A DNA stretch of 64,000 nt, from assembly GCA_963755915.1 (NCBI GenBank), contig CAVWLP010000003.1, forward strand, positions 672,001-736,000, read 5' to 3'. A program made the position numbers and the translations under genes. This document shows, in pieces, positions 20,150 through 31,097 of the stretch. The notes under the pieces were generated by a model, which was given only the letters and a program-made list of their open reading frames with translations, did no database searches and was not told the origin of the DNA. This DNA comes from an uncultured Phycisphaerales bacterium (GTDB taxonomy: Bacteria > Planctomycetota > Phycisphaerae > Tepidisphaerales > Tepidisphaeraceae). Each line of letters begins with the position of its first letter. The stretch's first letter is position 1.

Positions 20150-20500
20150 ATGCAAAATCTGTGGTTGAAAATCAAAATCTGGACGAAGATCGGGTTGTTT
20201 TCGATCGTCGTGATTTATCTGCTGATGTTCGTGTTCAAGAATTCGGACCAGCAACTTTCGATCTGGTTCTGGTTCGGGCACGTGATTGAAACGTCGATGC
20301 TGGTGCTGATTCCGGTGGTGCTGCTGGCGGGGGTCATCGGGACATTTGTGGTCAGCATGGCCTATCGGGCGCTCCGGCAGATTCAGGAATTGAGGCAGCG
20401 GACGGCGGCGGCGCAGATGCATAGCGACGTGCAGGAGCTGAAAGCGAAGGCGGAGGCGGAGGCGGTGGAGAATAAGCCGGGGGATGCGGCCGTGAAATGA
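20150..20500 (+). CDS. LapA/DUF1049-like small membrane protein
   Basis: Two TM helices, F..KN motif, C-terminal coiled coil. Confidence 0.6.
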   Translation: MQNLWLKIKIWTKIGLFSIVVIYLLMFVFKNSDQQLSIWFWFGHVIETSMLVLIPVVLLAGVIGTFVVSMAYRALRQIQELRQRTAAAQMHSDVQELKAKAEAEAVENKPGDAAVK

Positions 20501-20544
20501 GGGGTTTTGGTGGGGATGCCGGCGCGGGACTATAATCGGCGATC

Positions 20545-21159
20545 ATGCGGATCGCGATTTTGGATTATGGAATGGGCAACCTGCGCTCGGTGCAGAAGGG
20601 GTTTGCACAGGCGGGGACGGAGGCGCAGATTATTTCCCGGCCGGAGGAAATCGACGCCGCCGAGAGGCTGGTGCTGCCCGGCGTGGGGGCCTTCAAAGAT
20701 GCGATTGCGACGCTGCGGGGGGAGAACCTCGCGGAGGCGATCGTGCGGCACATCAATCGCGGAAAACTTTTTCTGGGGATCTGCCTGGGACTTCAGATGC
20801 TCTTTGACGTGGGGTATGAGGATGGGGAACACCGCGGGCTGGGGGTGGTGAAGGGAAAGTGCGTGCGGTTTGACGTGGATAAGACGATGGGGCTGAAGGT
20901 TCCGCACATGGGGTGGAACCAGCTCATCCTGCGGAAGGGCTCGCCGCTTTTTGCGGATCTTGCGGAAGGATGTGGCGTTTATTTCGTGCATGGTTACCAC
21001 GTGGTGCCGGAGGACAATTCAATCATTGCAACGGAGACCGATTATGGAAGGCCATTTGTCAGCAGCATCCGGCGTGACAACCTGTTTGCCACGCAGTTTC
21101 ACCCGGAAAAGAGCCAGAAGGCGGGGCTGAGAATTCTGGCCAATTTTGCGGGGATGTGA
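20545..21159 (+). CDS. hisH: Imidazole glycerol phosphate synthase glutaminase subunit
   Basis: DYGMGNLRSV, PGVGAF, GICLGLQ, VPHMGWN, QFHPEKS. Confidence 0.95.
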   Translation: MRIAILDYGMGNLRSVQKGFAQAGTEAQIISRPEEIDAAERLVLPGVGAFKDAIATLRGENLAEAIVRHINRGKLFLGICLGLQMLFDVGYEDGEHRGLGVVKGKCVRFDVDKTMGLKVPHMGWNQLILRKGSPLFADLAEGCGVYFVHGYHVVPEDNSIIATETDYGRPFVSSIRRDNLFATQFHPEKSQKAGLRILANFAGM

Positions 21160-21162
21160 TCA

Positions 21163-23620
21163 GTGGCGCAAAGCGGTGCGACAGATCGGAAGAAGGAAGC
21201 GATCACGCGGGTGATCTCGGAGATCATTTCGCAGGAAGCTTCGTCGGAGCCGATCGATGAGTCGAAGATTATCGCGGCCCATCCGGAGCTGATGCCGGAG
21301 CTTCAGACGGCGCTGCGGCGATTGCATTCGATGACGTCGATGCCGTCGTCGACCTCGACGCCGATCGGCGCGACGGCGGTTCCGCCCGTGGGGCGAAGCA
21401 CGATTGAGGATGCGGGCGAGCCGGAGGGGACCAAGATCGAGGGTTATGCGCTGGAGCGGGAGCTGGGGCGCGGGGGGCAGGCGGTGGTTTACCTGGCGGT
21501 GCAGAAGAACACCGGCAGGAAAGTCGCCCTGAAGCTGATGCGGAGGGAAGCGATCGCCGACGAGCGGGCATTGGCGCGGTTCAAGCGGGAAGTGCAGGTG
21601 CTGGCGGCGCTGGACCATCCCAACATCGTGGGGGTCATGGACACGGGGTCGGCGGGCACTGGGGCGCAGTTCATCGTGATGAACTATGTCGCGGGGACGT
21701 CGCTCGATGAATACTTGAAATCGAAATGGGGGGAACGGACGGAACTACTGAGATTGTTTTTGAAGATCTGCGACGCGGTGAACTTTGCGCACGTGAGGGG
21801 GATCGTGCATCGGGATTTGAAGCCGGGGAATATCAGGATCGACGAGCGGGGAGAGCCGCACATTCTGGATTTTGGGCTGGCGCATACGCCGCTGGATCGA
21901 CTGGCGGGCGGGCTGGCGGTTTCGGGGGAGTTTCTGGGGAGCTTGCCGTGGTGCAGCCCGGAGCAGGCGGCGCGCGATCCGGACCGGATCGACATGCGGA
22001 CCGATGTCTACAGCCTGGGGGTGATTCTGTTTCAGATGCTTTCCGGCGGGAAGTTTCCCTACGACGTCAAGGGGGATATCCGGGTGGCGCTGGACAATAT
22101 CACCAACGCCGCCCCGGCGCCGCTGGTGGGCGTGGATGGGCGGCTGGAAGCAGTCGTGCGAAAGGCGCTGTCAAAGAACAAGGAACAGCGCTATCAGACA
22201 GCCGGCGAGCTGGGGCGGGAAGTCTCGAACTATCTGGCGGAGCGCGACAAGAAGCAGCATGGCGGGCGTCGCAAGAGCGTGGTGCTGATTGTGGCGGGGT
22301 GCATCCTCGGGCTCATTTTGGCGGAGCATGCGCGGCATTCGCACCTGCCGCGGGTGGTGTCGGAATCAGTTGCCCCGGCGCGAACGATTTTCCCGGCGAC
22401 ACAGCCGGCGGCGGCTGCGGAACTTGTGGTGCCGGCACCGGAAGCGCCGCAGGCGCCGATGGAATTTGGCACCGGGCGGGGGCGGGGTTGGCCGATTGTT
22501 TTGGCGATGGGAACCTGCCATCTCGATGGGGATGAGCTGGCGCTCACGCCGGCGCCGCTTCAATGCGTGATGTACCTGGGATTTCCGGCCTGGACGGCGT
22601 ATGACCTCTCGTTTGAAGTGAAGACCAATGCAACGTCGGACAATCGGGGCGTGAGGGTGATGGTAAACCAGACGCGGGGCAATGCCTGCGTGCTGTGGCT
22701 GGGGAGAAATGACAATTCGGATATGGAATTGTCGTCGCACCTGGAGTCGCTGCCGGTGCGTCTGTCGTCGGTGGCGGGCCGGCTGGAGCCGGACCGGTGG
22801 TATGAAGTGAAAGTGCAGGTGCGCGGGGATGAGATTCACTCGTTTCTGGATGGGAAGCTGCTGCTGCAGGGATCGGACAACCGGCTGACGCATCGGGCGC
22901 ACGGGGCTGGCGGTGTTTGATTCGTCGGTGAGGTTCCGGGATATCGTGGTGAAATCACCCGATGGGGCCGTGATGTGGCAGGGTCCGCCGGATGTTGCGC
23001 GGTTGCCCCAGAATGAGGTTGACCGGCCCAACTCGGTTCCGCCGGTGGACATGAAGCTGACGGATTTGTTTCGGCATTTGGATTTGACGGGGGATGCGCT
23101 GGCGGGGCAATGGACGGAAAGCGGGGATGGGATTCGGGGGCAGGGAGATGGGGCGCAGATTCAGTTCCCGACGCCACCGCCGGCGGAGTATGACTATCGC
23201 ATTACCTTTGTGCGATACAGTGGGAACGGGGGCGTGGGGCTGATCGCGTCGCAGCGGGGGAAATCGTTTGTGTGGATTTTTGGGGGGCATAATGGGACGG
23301 CCTCGGGTTTGGGACAGATCAATGGGGAGCCGTTTGACAATAATGAGACGTTGCGGCACTCGATGAACTGGCTGCCCAATGGGCTGGTGCATACGCTGGT
23401 GGTGCGGGTAAGAAAAGATTGGGTGATTGGGTATCTGGATGGGCAGTTTTTGGGCAGGGCGAATGGGGTGCTCACGCAATTGTCGTTGCCGTCGTATGTG
23501 AAGACGCCTAGCGCGGCGTCGCCGCTGGGGATCTGGCTGGAGAGCGACGCGGTGATCGTGAAGTCGGCGGATGTGTTTGCTCTGTCGCCGCGGGCGACGA
23601 CGGAACCGGGGGAGAGGTAA
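21163..23620 (+). CDS. Hanks-type Ser/Thr protein kinase with TM helix and extracellular lectin-like (DUF1080-like) domains (frameshift near ~22900)
   Basis: LGRGGQAVVY, VALK, HRDLKPGN, DFGLA, SPEQ, DVYSLG; TM segment; continues in ORF 22913-23620. Confidence 0.88.
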
Positions 23621-23643
23621 GGGCCGATCCGCAGACGGCCGAA

Positions 23644-25860
23644 TCAGCTATCCAGCAGGTTCGATGAGGAATCGGTCAGCAATTGGTCGTCGACACCCGT
23701 ATCCGCGGCGAAACTCTCCGTTGCTGAATTGACGGTAACTCCGCCCTCGCTGCCGCCGCCACCAGTGTCGTCGGTGGGCGCCGGGCTGGAGACGCCCGGA
23801 TCAGGGTTGCGGCCCTCGTCGTAACCGTATTCGACATACTGGTCGTAAACCGATGTAAGCGGCTCGCCGGTGATGTAGGGGTCAATGTCGCTGTTGAATT
23901 CCGCGTAGCTGGTTGTGTTGAAAGTGGGCGTCGGGTTGTATCCCTCGTACTCGCCGTAATCAACGAAATGTTGATAGGCGGAGGTCAGCGCGTGGCTGGT
24001 AACAGCGGAGGCAACGTTGCCATACTGCTGGAGGTAATAGGAAGTGTTGAACCAGAAGAGGCCACCGCGGTTTTCGTATTGGCCGTAGAGGTAGTATTGC
24101 ATGAAGCCGGAGCTTACGGTGCCGGCGGTCACGGCGGCGGCGACGTCGCTGTTATAGGCGAGGTAATACGACTCGTCCCAGAAGGGGGAGGGGCTGTAGC
24201 CTTCGTATTGGCCGTACTGGAGATAATGGGCGTAGCCGCTGGCGAACTGGCCGTCGGCAAGGGCGGAACCGATATAGGCGGCATAGGTTCTCTCATACCA
24301 GCCTTCGTCGAATAGTGAGTTCTGGCTGACGACCGTTCCGGAGCCAAGCAGAACATTGGTGCCCGTGGTGGTGTCGATGGCGTAGACGGCGTAGCTGTGG
24401 GTGCCGGCGCTGAGGAGGGGCATGTAGTACTGGAACCCGTGGTCGGGGGAGCCGATCACGCCGGTGAGGTCGTCGCGCTCCATATCGGCGGAGAAGGTCT
24501 GGGTGATGGTCCCGCCGTCGATAACGACTTCGACGTTGATGGGGTTGGTGGGGTTTGCCGGATCGTAGGCCCAGCCGACGATTTGGCCCCAACTGGCGGC
24601 GTCGACGTGGCCGGTGGCGGGCTCGTTGGACTGACCTTCGACCTGGTAGGAATAAGATCCGAGGCCGGTTTGTGAATCGGGATCGACGGTGTTGATCTCG
24701 ACGTCGGCGTCTGATATGCCCGGAGTTGCAGTGTAGGTCGCAGTAATCGTGTCGACAGAAAGCGTGGAGGTATTCGTGATTACGTCAGGCTGTGAAACGG
24801 AGAAGGCGTCGGTTCCGACGCCGCCGAGGGTGATCGCAGCGATTGAGTTGGCAGCGGTGGTGGTAAGAAGGGAGGAAAGGCCTAAGGCCCTGGACGAGCC
24901 GTCGCCGGTGTCGCTGATGGTAAAGGTGTTGGTTACCGGGGCGGCGCCGAGGTTCATGTCCCCGAAATAAGTGCCGGCGCCGGTCGTCGGATCGGATTCG
25001 TTGGCGGGAATGTTGACATTTTGCGCGGTGCCGCCGGTCACTGCGATTAGATTTCGCAGGGTTATTGAAAAGATGAGATTGGAGTCCGCCGGAATGCCGG
25101 TTTGCGCATTGCCGCCGTAGCCTTCGGCGAAGGGAATATAGAGGGCACGAGTTTCGCCGACCTGCATACCAACCACACCCTGATCCCAGCCTTGAATCAC
25201 CTCTCCCAAACCAAGCTCGAACTGGAATGGGTTGGCGGTGGTGAGAGAGCTTTGGAACATGGTTCCGTCGGTGAGGTAACCGGTATAGTCCATGACGAGA
25301 TAGTCGCCGTCGGCAGCGGCAGGTCCCGTGCCTGGGGTAACGGTGGTGTACTCAACACCGCTGGGAAGGGTCGTGGTGGCATCGCCGGTCCCGTCGATTT
25401 CGAAGGTATAGGCCGTCAGAGAGGAATCGATGGTGACGGTGGACGAGAAGCTCTGTGCTTCATTGGGGGTGAAGGTGATGGTGAAGGTGGTGTCGCCATT
25501 TTGGGCGATCGTGGAGCTCGCCGAGTTACCGGTGAGGGCGAACACGGATGAGCCGCTGAGCGAGACGCTGACGGTGTTGATCTGACCCGATTCCGCGGCA
25601 ATGGTGTAGGTGCGCGTGAGCGGGATGGTTCCATCGTGGGCGGTGTCGCCGAAGTTGGTGAAGTTTGAAAAGGTGGGCGTGGTCTCGCCATTGGCGATGT
25701 TGGCGGAATTGCCGGTCACGACCATGGTCGCCGAGAGGAGCACGCGGGATTCCATCTGCTCGATGAGGTTCTGATAGCGCCGGCAATTTTTGCGCTTGCG
25801 CAGTTTCTTCAGGGTTTGGATTGCGGAACCTTCAGCGGAGCCAAAACGCGATGCGTTCAT
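23644..25860 (-). CDS. Extracellular FKBP-type peptidyl-prolyl isomerase with LEPRxLL-like leader, Ig-like domains and C-terminal Tyr-rich repeats
   Basis: IEQMESRVLLS; YTGYLTDGTMF...GEVIQGWDQGVVGM.VGE.R.L.IP...GYG FKBP motif; repeated F/W-D/N-xxxY..Y/N.DV units. Confidence 0.85.
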   Translation of the reverse strand: MNASRFGSAEGSAIQTLKKLRKRKNCRRYQNLIEQMESRVLLSATMVVTGNSANIANGETTPTFSNFTNFGDTAHDGTIPLTRTYTIAAESGQINTVSVSLSGSSVFALTGNSASSTIAQNGDTTFTITFTPNEAQSFSSTVTIDSSLTAYTFEIDGTGDATTTLPSGVEYTTVTPGTGPAAADGDYLVMDYTGYLTDGTMFQSSLTTANPFQFELGLGEVIQGWDQGVVGMQVGETRALYIPFAEGYGGNAQTGIPADSNLIFSITLRNLIAVTGGTAQNVNIPANESDPTTGAGTYFGDMNLGAAPVTNTFTISDTGDGSSRALGLSSLLTTTAANSIAAITLGGVGTDAFSVSQPDVITNTSTLSVDTITATYTATPGISDADVEINTVDPDSQTGLGSYSYQVEGQSNEPATGHVDAASWGQIVGWAYDPANPTNPINVEVVIDGGTITQTFSADMERDDLTGVIGSPDHGFQYYMPLLSAGTHSYAVYAIDTTTGTNVLLGSGTVVSQNSLFDEGWYERTYAAYIGSALADGQFASGYAHYLQYGQYEGYSPSPFWDESYYLAYNSDVAAAVTAGTVSSGFMQYYLYGQYENRGGLFWFNTSYYLQQYGNVASAVTSHALTSAYQHFVDYGEYEGYNPTPTFNTTSYAEFNSDIDPYITGEPLTSVYDQYVEYGYDEGRNPDPGVSSPAPTDDTGGGGSEGGVTVNSATESFAADTGVDDQLLTDSSSNLLDS

Positions 25861-26097
25861 GGTCAGAGCCCTCTAGATGCGAAATTTTGAAAACCATTGA
25901 TCGCTGCTGGAGCGACCCTACCCCCGGCCCAGTCGGTACACACTGACTGTTGGTCCGGATATGCCTCGCCATCCTTACGTCTGATTTTGTCCAACCGAGA
26001 TAGACACAATAATACACCGAAATCACAGTCGGTCAAACCAAGCCGGGTTTCAGATATATACGCTTGAGGCGCGTCGATGGTTGCACCTGAAAAATTT

Positions 26098-26140
26098 GCC
26101 CCCCTTCCCAGCCCTCTCCTGGAGTACCGGGGGCGAGGGA
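26098..26140. repeat. REP-like palindromic element, copy 2
   Basis: CCCAGCCCTCTCCTGGAGTACCGGGGGCGAGGG, similar to 11873-11913. Confidence 0.65.
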
Positions 26141-26503
26141 ACCAACGGGCGAACGGCGCAGCGGCCTGAAGCGGGTAACCGGGGCAAGATGCGCCCGGCT
26201 GGGTGGGTTAACCGGGGGATTTTACCGGACGGCTGAAGAGATCCTGAATCCGCGTAAAACGCCGGGCGATTTTCCCGGACCTTGGCGTTTTGGGACGATG
26301 GTTATTCCAACCCCTCCTGTTCAAAACAACCTGTTTGCATGGTGATGCCTCCAGATGCTGGAGTTGCGCAAAAAACCGCGCACGGCGCATGGTTAAATTA
26401 ACCATTTTTCCCCTTTTGTAGAAAATAGCGTCCGAAAAGGCCCTTCGGCGCAAGCGGCAGCGATCGCGCGGGTTACGCGCAAAATTTTCCTGTGCCCGCG
26501 CCG

Positions 26504-26519
26504 CGGCACGGATCTCGCT
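26504..26519 (+). promoter_or_regulatory. Sigma54 (-24/-12) promoter candidate
   Basis: CGGCACG-GATC-TCGCT, i.e. GG-N10-GC, ~85 bp upstream of the receiver-like gene. Confidence 0.55.
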
Positions 26520-26604
26520 TTGGAGTAGGGCGTTACCGGAGGGCAACGGAAATCGCCACGTCGGTGAATCGATGCCAGCCACACATCTCAAACAGAGGTT
26601 CGCC

Positions 26605-27042
26605 ATGTTCAAGTGCCAGGAAGATCAAATCGCAGTGCTGGGAATCTGCGTGGATTCGCCCGCGACCAGCGGCCGCGCGGAAGACATGAACTTTCATGCC
26701 GTCCACAACGCCCGCCGCGGCATCGACATGCTCCGCATGGTCAGCTTCGACATCGTGCTGGTCGGGATGAAGCTCCCGGACATGTCGGTCTGGGATTTCC
26801 TCCGTCATCTCAAGGCGGGATTCCCCAACCAGAAGTGGGCGATGGTCGGCGGCCCCATCACCGAGAAACAGGAAGTGCAGGCCCGGATGTTCGGCTGCAC
26901 GACGCTGTTCGATACCACGCCGAGCAGCAAGGAGCTGCTGCAACTGACCGCGCGGATGCGCGAGCAGGCGGTCACCAGCGTGCTGTCCGGAAAGGTTGGC
27001 CGGCAGGCAATGCAGAAGCCGCAGATTCGCAGCGCGAGCTGA
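26605..27042 (+). CDS. Atypical receiver (REC-like) domain protein
   Basis: FDIVLVGMKLPDMSVWDFLRHLK resembles the REC beta3-alpha3 region but has Gly at the phospho-Asp position; RBS AGAGG. Confidence 0.65.
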   Translation: MFKCQEDQIAVLGICVDSPATSGRAEDMNFHAVHNARRGIDMLRMVSFDIVLVGMKLPDMSVWDFLRHLKAGFPNQKWAMVGGPITEKQEVQARMFGCTTLFDTTPSSKELLQLTARMREQAVTSVLSGKVGRQAMQKPQIRSAS

Positions 27043-27141
27043 AACGCGAGCTGACGTGGGTGTGCATCGAATGCAGTGGGTCCGGCACCTGAGCAACAGG
27101 CCGGGCGACGGGAAAGATGGTTACGGAGTCGGGAGAAACCT

Positions 27142-28062
27142 GTGAAGACGAATCGTTCAAAACACGGATCGAAGGTCTCTGGAGCGAAGTTCTCGGCAGC
27201 AAAGTTGCTCGCCAATTGCAGTACAGTAGCAGTTGGCGCGGCAATGCTGGCGGCTTCTTCAAGCGGTCTATTATGCGGATCGCAATGCGAAGCGGCACTT
27301 ATTTCGCTCAGCAACGGTAACTCCTCCGTAACCATCAATCCCAACTCCTCGGCCGGACTTGAGAACTGGTCGATCAACGGGCAAAACCAGATCAACCAGG
27401 AGTGGTTCTGGTATCGCGTCGGAACCTCCGGCGGGCAATCGAGCATCGATACGATCTCCACTCCTTCTACCCAACTCTACGACACCACGGGTGACGGATC
27501 GAACGACACAGCCATGATCACCTATGCCGACAGCTCGCTTGAGGTTTCAGTCCTCTACCGCCTCTCCGGCGGACAGAACGGAACGCTTACCTCCGACCTT
27601 GGCGAAACAATCGAGATCGAAAACCTGAGCAAGACGACGCAGACGTTTAACTTCTTCGAATATTCGAATTTCACGCTGGCGGGACTGAAGACGGGACAGA
27701 GCGAATCAATCACCGGAAGCAACACCGCAACCGACATCGGCAACGGCTGGCAGGAAGAGACAACGGTCAGCCCCAAGGCGACGGATTTCGACGCCAACAC
27801 CGATCCGACCCTCCTGAACAAGCTGACGACGGCGACCGATTACACGCTGCCCAACGTGGCGACCTCCGGACCGGGCGACGTGGAGGGGGGTTTTGAGTGG
27901 ACGGTCTCGATCATGGGCGGGTGCTCCTACGAGATCAGCGGCGATCAGATCATTAAGGGACAAGCGGTTGGGGCGGTTCCCGAGCCGATGAGCGCATCGC
28001 TGGCGGCGATGGCGCTGGGCGGGGTGCTGATGGCCCGGCCGCGGAAGAAATTGGCGATCTAG
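27142..28062 (+). CDS. PEP-CTERM sorting-domain surface protein
   Basis: N-terminal signal; C-terminal VPEP + hydrophobic helix + RPRKK; GTG start after GGGAGA. Confidence 0.85.
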   Translation: MKTNRSKHGSKVSGAKFSAAKLLANCSTVAVGAAMLAASSSGLLCGSQCEAALISLSNGNSSVTINPNSSAGLENWSINGQNQINQEWFWYRVGTSGGQSSIDTISTPSTQLYDTTGDGSNDTAMITYADSSLEVSVLYRLSGGQNGTLTSDLGETIEIENLSKTTQTFNFFEYSNFTLAGLKTGQSESITGSNTATDIGNGWQEETTVSPKATDFDANTDPTLLNKLTTATDYTLPNVATSGPGDVEGGFEWTVSIMGGCSYEISGDQIIKGQAVGAVPEPMSASLAAMALGGVLMARPRKKLAI

Positions 28063-28090
28063 CCAGAAACAGTACACACAAGTTCCACAC

Positions 28091-28130
28091 CGAACCCTGG
28101 GCGGCGCGTGCCGCCCTGGTTTCGTTTCTT
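28091..28130 (+). terminator. Intrinsic terminator after the PEP-CTERM gene
   Basis: GGGCGGC-GCGT-GCCGCCC stem followed by a T-rich tail. Confidence 0.6.
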
Positions 28131-28163
28131 GATCCGCCGAAGCGCACCACTATCCTCTAGCAA

Positions 28164-30142
28164 ATGGCGAACAAATTTCTGCTGGGAACGTGTTATTACC
28201 CCGAGCACTGGCCCGCGGCGCGGCATGAGAGCGATTTCCGGAGGATGAAGGATGCCGGCATCGACGTGGTGCGCATGGGGGAAGGGGCGTGGGGATATTT
28301 TGAGCCCCAGGAAGGCACGTTTCAGTTTGAACTTTTCGACCGGGCGATTGCGCTGTGCAGGCGGTTTGGGATCAAGGTGATTTTCGGCACGCCGACGTAT
28401 TGCGGGCCGGCCTGGATCGCCGGCAAATATCCGGAGGTTTTGCGGTGGGATTTTCAGCGCATGCCCATGGCACACGGGTCGCGGCGGAATTTTACCTACG
28501 CATCGGCGAAATATTTGCAGCTTTCGGATCGGATCTGTACGGCGCTGGCGGAGCATTATGCGGGAGAGAAGCAGATCATCGCCTGGCAGCTCGACAACGA
28601 ATTCAATTGCCATATGGATGTGAGCTATTCGCCCAGCGACACGCTGGCGTTTCGGAAATGGCTGCGCAAAAATACGGCACGCTGGAGAAGCTGAACGGGG
28701 CATGGGGGACGGCGTTCTGGTCGCAGCAGTATGACGATTGGGGACAGATTGATTTGCCCCACCCTACGAGCGCGCCACCAAATCCATCGCAGATTCTGGA
28801 TGAGTCCCGGTTCATCAGCGATACCGTCGTGGAATTTGCCCGGAGGCAGGCGAAGATTTTGCGGAAGCACAATCCGAAGTGGCAGATCACGCACAATGCG
28901 CTGTTTGCGAATGTTGATGGGCCGTCACTGGTAAAGGAGCTGGATTTTTTCAGCCACGATCAATACCCGCTTTTTTGTGATGATTGGCCGAGCAGGGCGG
29001 AGGGATTGGTCCAGGCGAGGAGCCTCTCCTTTCCGTATGGGATTCTGGAGCAGCAGTCGGGGCCTGGGGGGCAGTTGAGTTATCTTCAGCGCACGCCGCA
29101 GCCGGGAGAGGTGTGGCTGTGGGCGTGGCAGTCGGTGGCGCATGGGGCGAACCTTGTAAGCTTTTTTCTCTGGCGGACGTGCCCGTTTGGAGCCGAGCAG
29201 CATTGGCATGGGCTGATCGATCAGGACAATAAATCGACGCGGCGTTTGGAGGAGGCGAAGCAATTTGGAAAAGAGGTGCGGAAGTTGCCGGAGGATTTCT
29301 TTCGATATGCGCCGATGAAATGGATCGCAGTGCTGCGGGATTTTGATAATGAAATCAACGAGCGGCGGATTGATACGTTTAGCAAATCCGGGCAGGCGGA
29401 ACACGCGCGGTGGATGCGGGTGATGTCGGCGAAGAAAGTTCCAGTGGATTTTGTCTGGCCGGAAAGTGAATTTGAGGGATATGGAGTGCTGGTGGTTCCG
29501 CATCAGCAGATTATCACACCGGCGCTGGCGAAAAAGCTGGAGAAATATGTCGCCGCCGGCGGGATTCTTGCGCTGGGGGCGCTGGCGGGGGTGAAGGATG
29601 AGAATTGTCATATCGTTGAGCGAACAGCGCCGGGGTTGCTCGCGAAACTGGCGGGGGTTGAGGTGGACGAATGGACGACGCTGGCGGCGAACCAGACGCG
29701 GACGGCACGCATGCCGGGCGGAGCGGAACTGACGATGACGACTTTCGCCGAGCGGCTTCGGTTGCGCACGGCGAACGAAGTGGCGCGATGGGTGGGCGGG
29801 GATCGAGTGCTGGGGGATGGGCCGGCGGTCACCGTCAACGTGGTTGGGAAAGGGAGCGTATATTACGTTGGCGGGTACTGCACGAATGGCGCCATAGAAA
29901 TACTTCTGGAAGAATTGCTGCTACCGACAAAATTGAGCATTCCGGTGGTGGCGCCGCCAGAGGTCGAGGTGGTGGTGCGCGTGAGCGGCAAAAAAATCTA
30001 CGCGGTGGCAATGAATCATTCCGCGCTCGCCCAGCAGGTGGTCTTCATCGAGAACAGCATGGATTTATTGACAGGTAAAAAGATCGCGAAAGAAACGACG
30101 ATTCCAGGATTCGGCGTTGTTGTCGCGGCTTCGGGGTTATAG
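28164..30142 (+). CDS. Beta-galactosidase, GH42 (frameshift near ~28665)
   Basis: YYPEHWP; WQLDNE; KYGTLEKLN.AWGTAFWSQ; AEQHWHG; trimerisation domain. Confidence 0.88.
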
Positions 30143-30603
30143 TTCCAGCAGCATTTCAGTTGTGCTGGGACGAAATCCGCAGGCAGCGAAGAGTTTTCGG
30201 GCCGCGTCGTTGGGGGCGGCGGTGTCGAGGCGGATTTGCGGCACGCCCATCGATTTGAAACGCTCGACCGCGAGCATCACCATCTGCCGGGCGATCCCTT
30301 CGTGGCGATATTCCTCTTCCACCCACAAGTCATGGATGAAGCCGAATTGCCTCAGGCGATAGATCGGGATTTCGTCTTCGATAGTAGCGATGAGAAATGC
30401 GATGGGGCGATCTTCGCGCACGGCGACAAGGAAGACGCTACGGGGATCATCGGCGCGGGCGGTGAGCCAGCGGCTGTAGCGCTGCTCGGGATGGGAAAGG
30501 AAAGTGTACTTGGCCGGGTCCCATTTTTCGTGAAGCGCCAGGTTTTGGCGACCATCGGCAGGACGCCGGGCACATCGGCGGCGGTTGCGGGGCGGATTTC
30601 CAT
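30137..30603 (-). CDS. GNAT-family acetyltransferase (frameshift near ~30540)
   Basis: MEIRPATAAD start; IHDLWVEEEYRHEGIA; N..ARKLF...GF. Confidence 0.8.
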
Positions 30604-30630
30604 GTCTCTGATCGAATCATACCCGCAAAA

Positions 30631-31029
30631 TCAGGACGTGGCGGTCGCCTGGATGATCAGATGGCCGGAGGCGTTGACGGCGCTGGGAAGGCGCGGCAAA
30701 TCGTGGATCGCGGGGCCGTGAACGACTTTGCCCGTGGGATCGTAGCGTGAGCCGTGGCAGGGGCATTTGAAGGAGCCGTCGTTTTGCGCTCCTACTTCGC
30801 AGCCGAGGTGGGTGCAGACGGAGGAGAGAGCGATGAGGTTTGGGCCGGAGCGGATGACGAAGAATCCCTGATCGGCAAACTGGGAATAGACGCCGTCCTT
30901 CTCGAAATCGGAGGCAGGCCCGGCGTCGATGGCGGCGGCCTTGAAATCCGGCTGTTTATTCACGGAACAACCGGCAGCGAGAACGGCGGAGGCAACGATG
31001 AACTGTCGGCGGTTGATGTTGATACTCAT
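30631..31029 (-). CDS. Rieske 2Fe-2S protein with Tat/lipoprotein signal
   Basis: NRRQF...[19 protein letters not shown]. Confidence 0.9.
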   Translation of the reverse strand: MSININRRQFIVASAVLAAGCSVNKQPDFKAAAIDAGPASDFEKDGVYSQFADQGFFVIRSGPNLIALSSVCTHLGCEVGAQNDGSFKCPCHGSRYDPTGKVVHGPAIHDLPRLPSAVNASGHLIIQATATS

Positions 31030-31097
31030 TGCCGAATGAAAAACCTTGCCGGCAAATTTGTCAACGTGAAATCGGCGCCAACACGATTTAATTCAAT

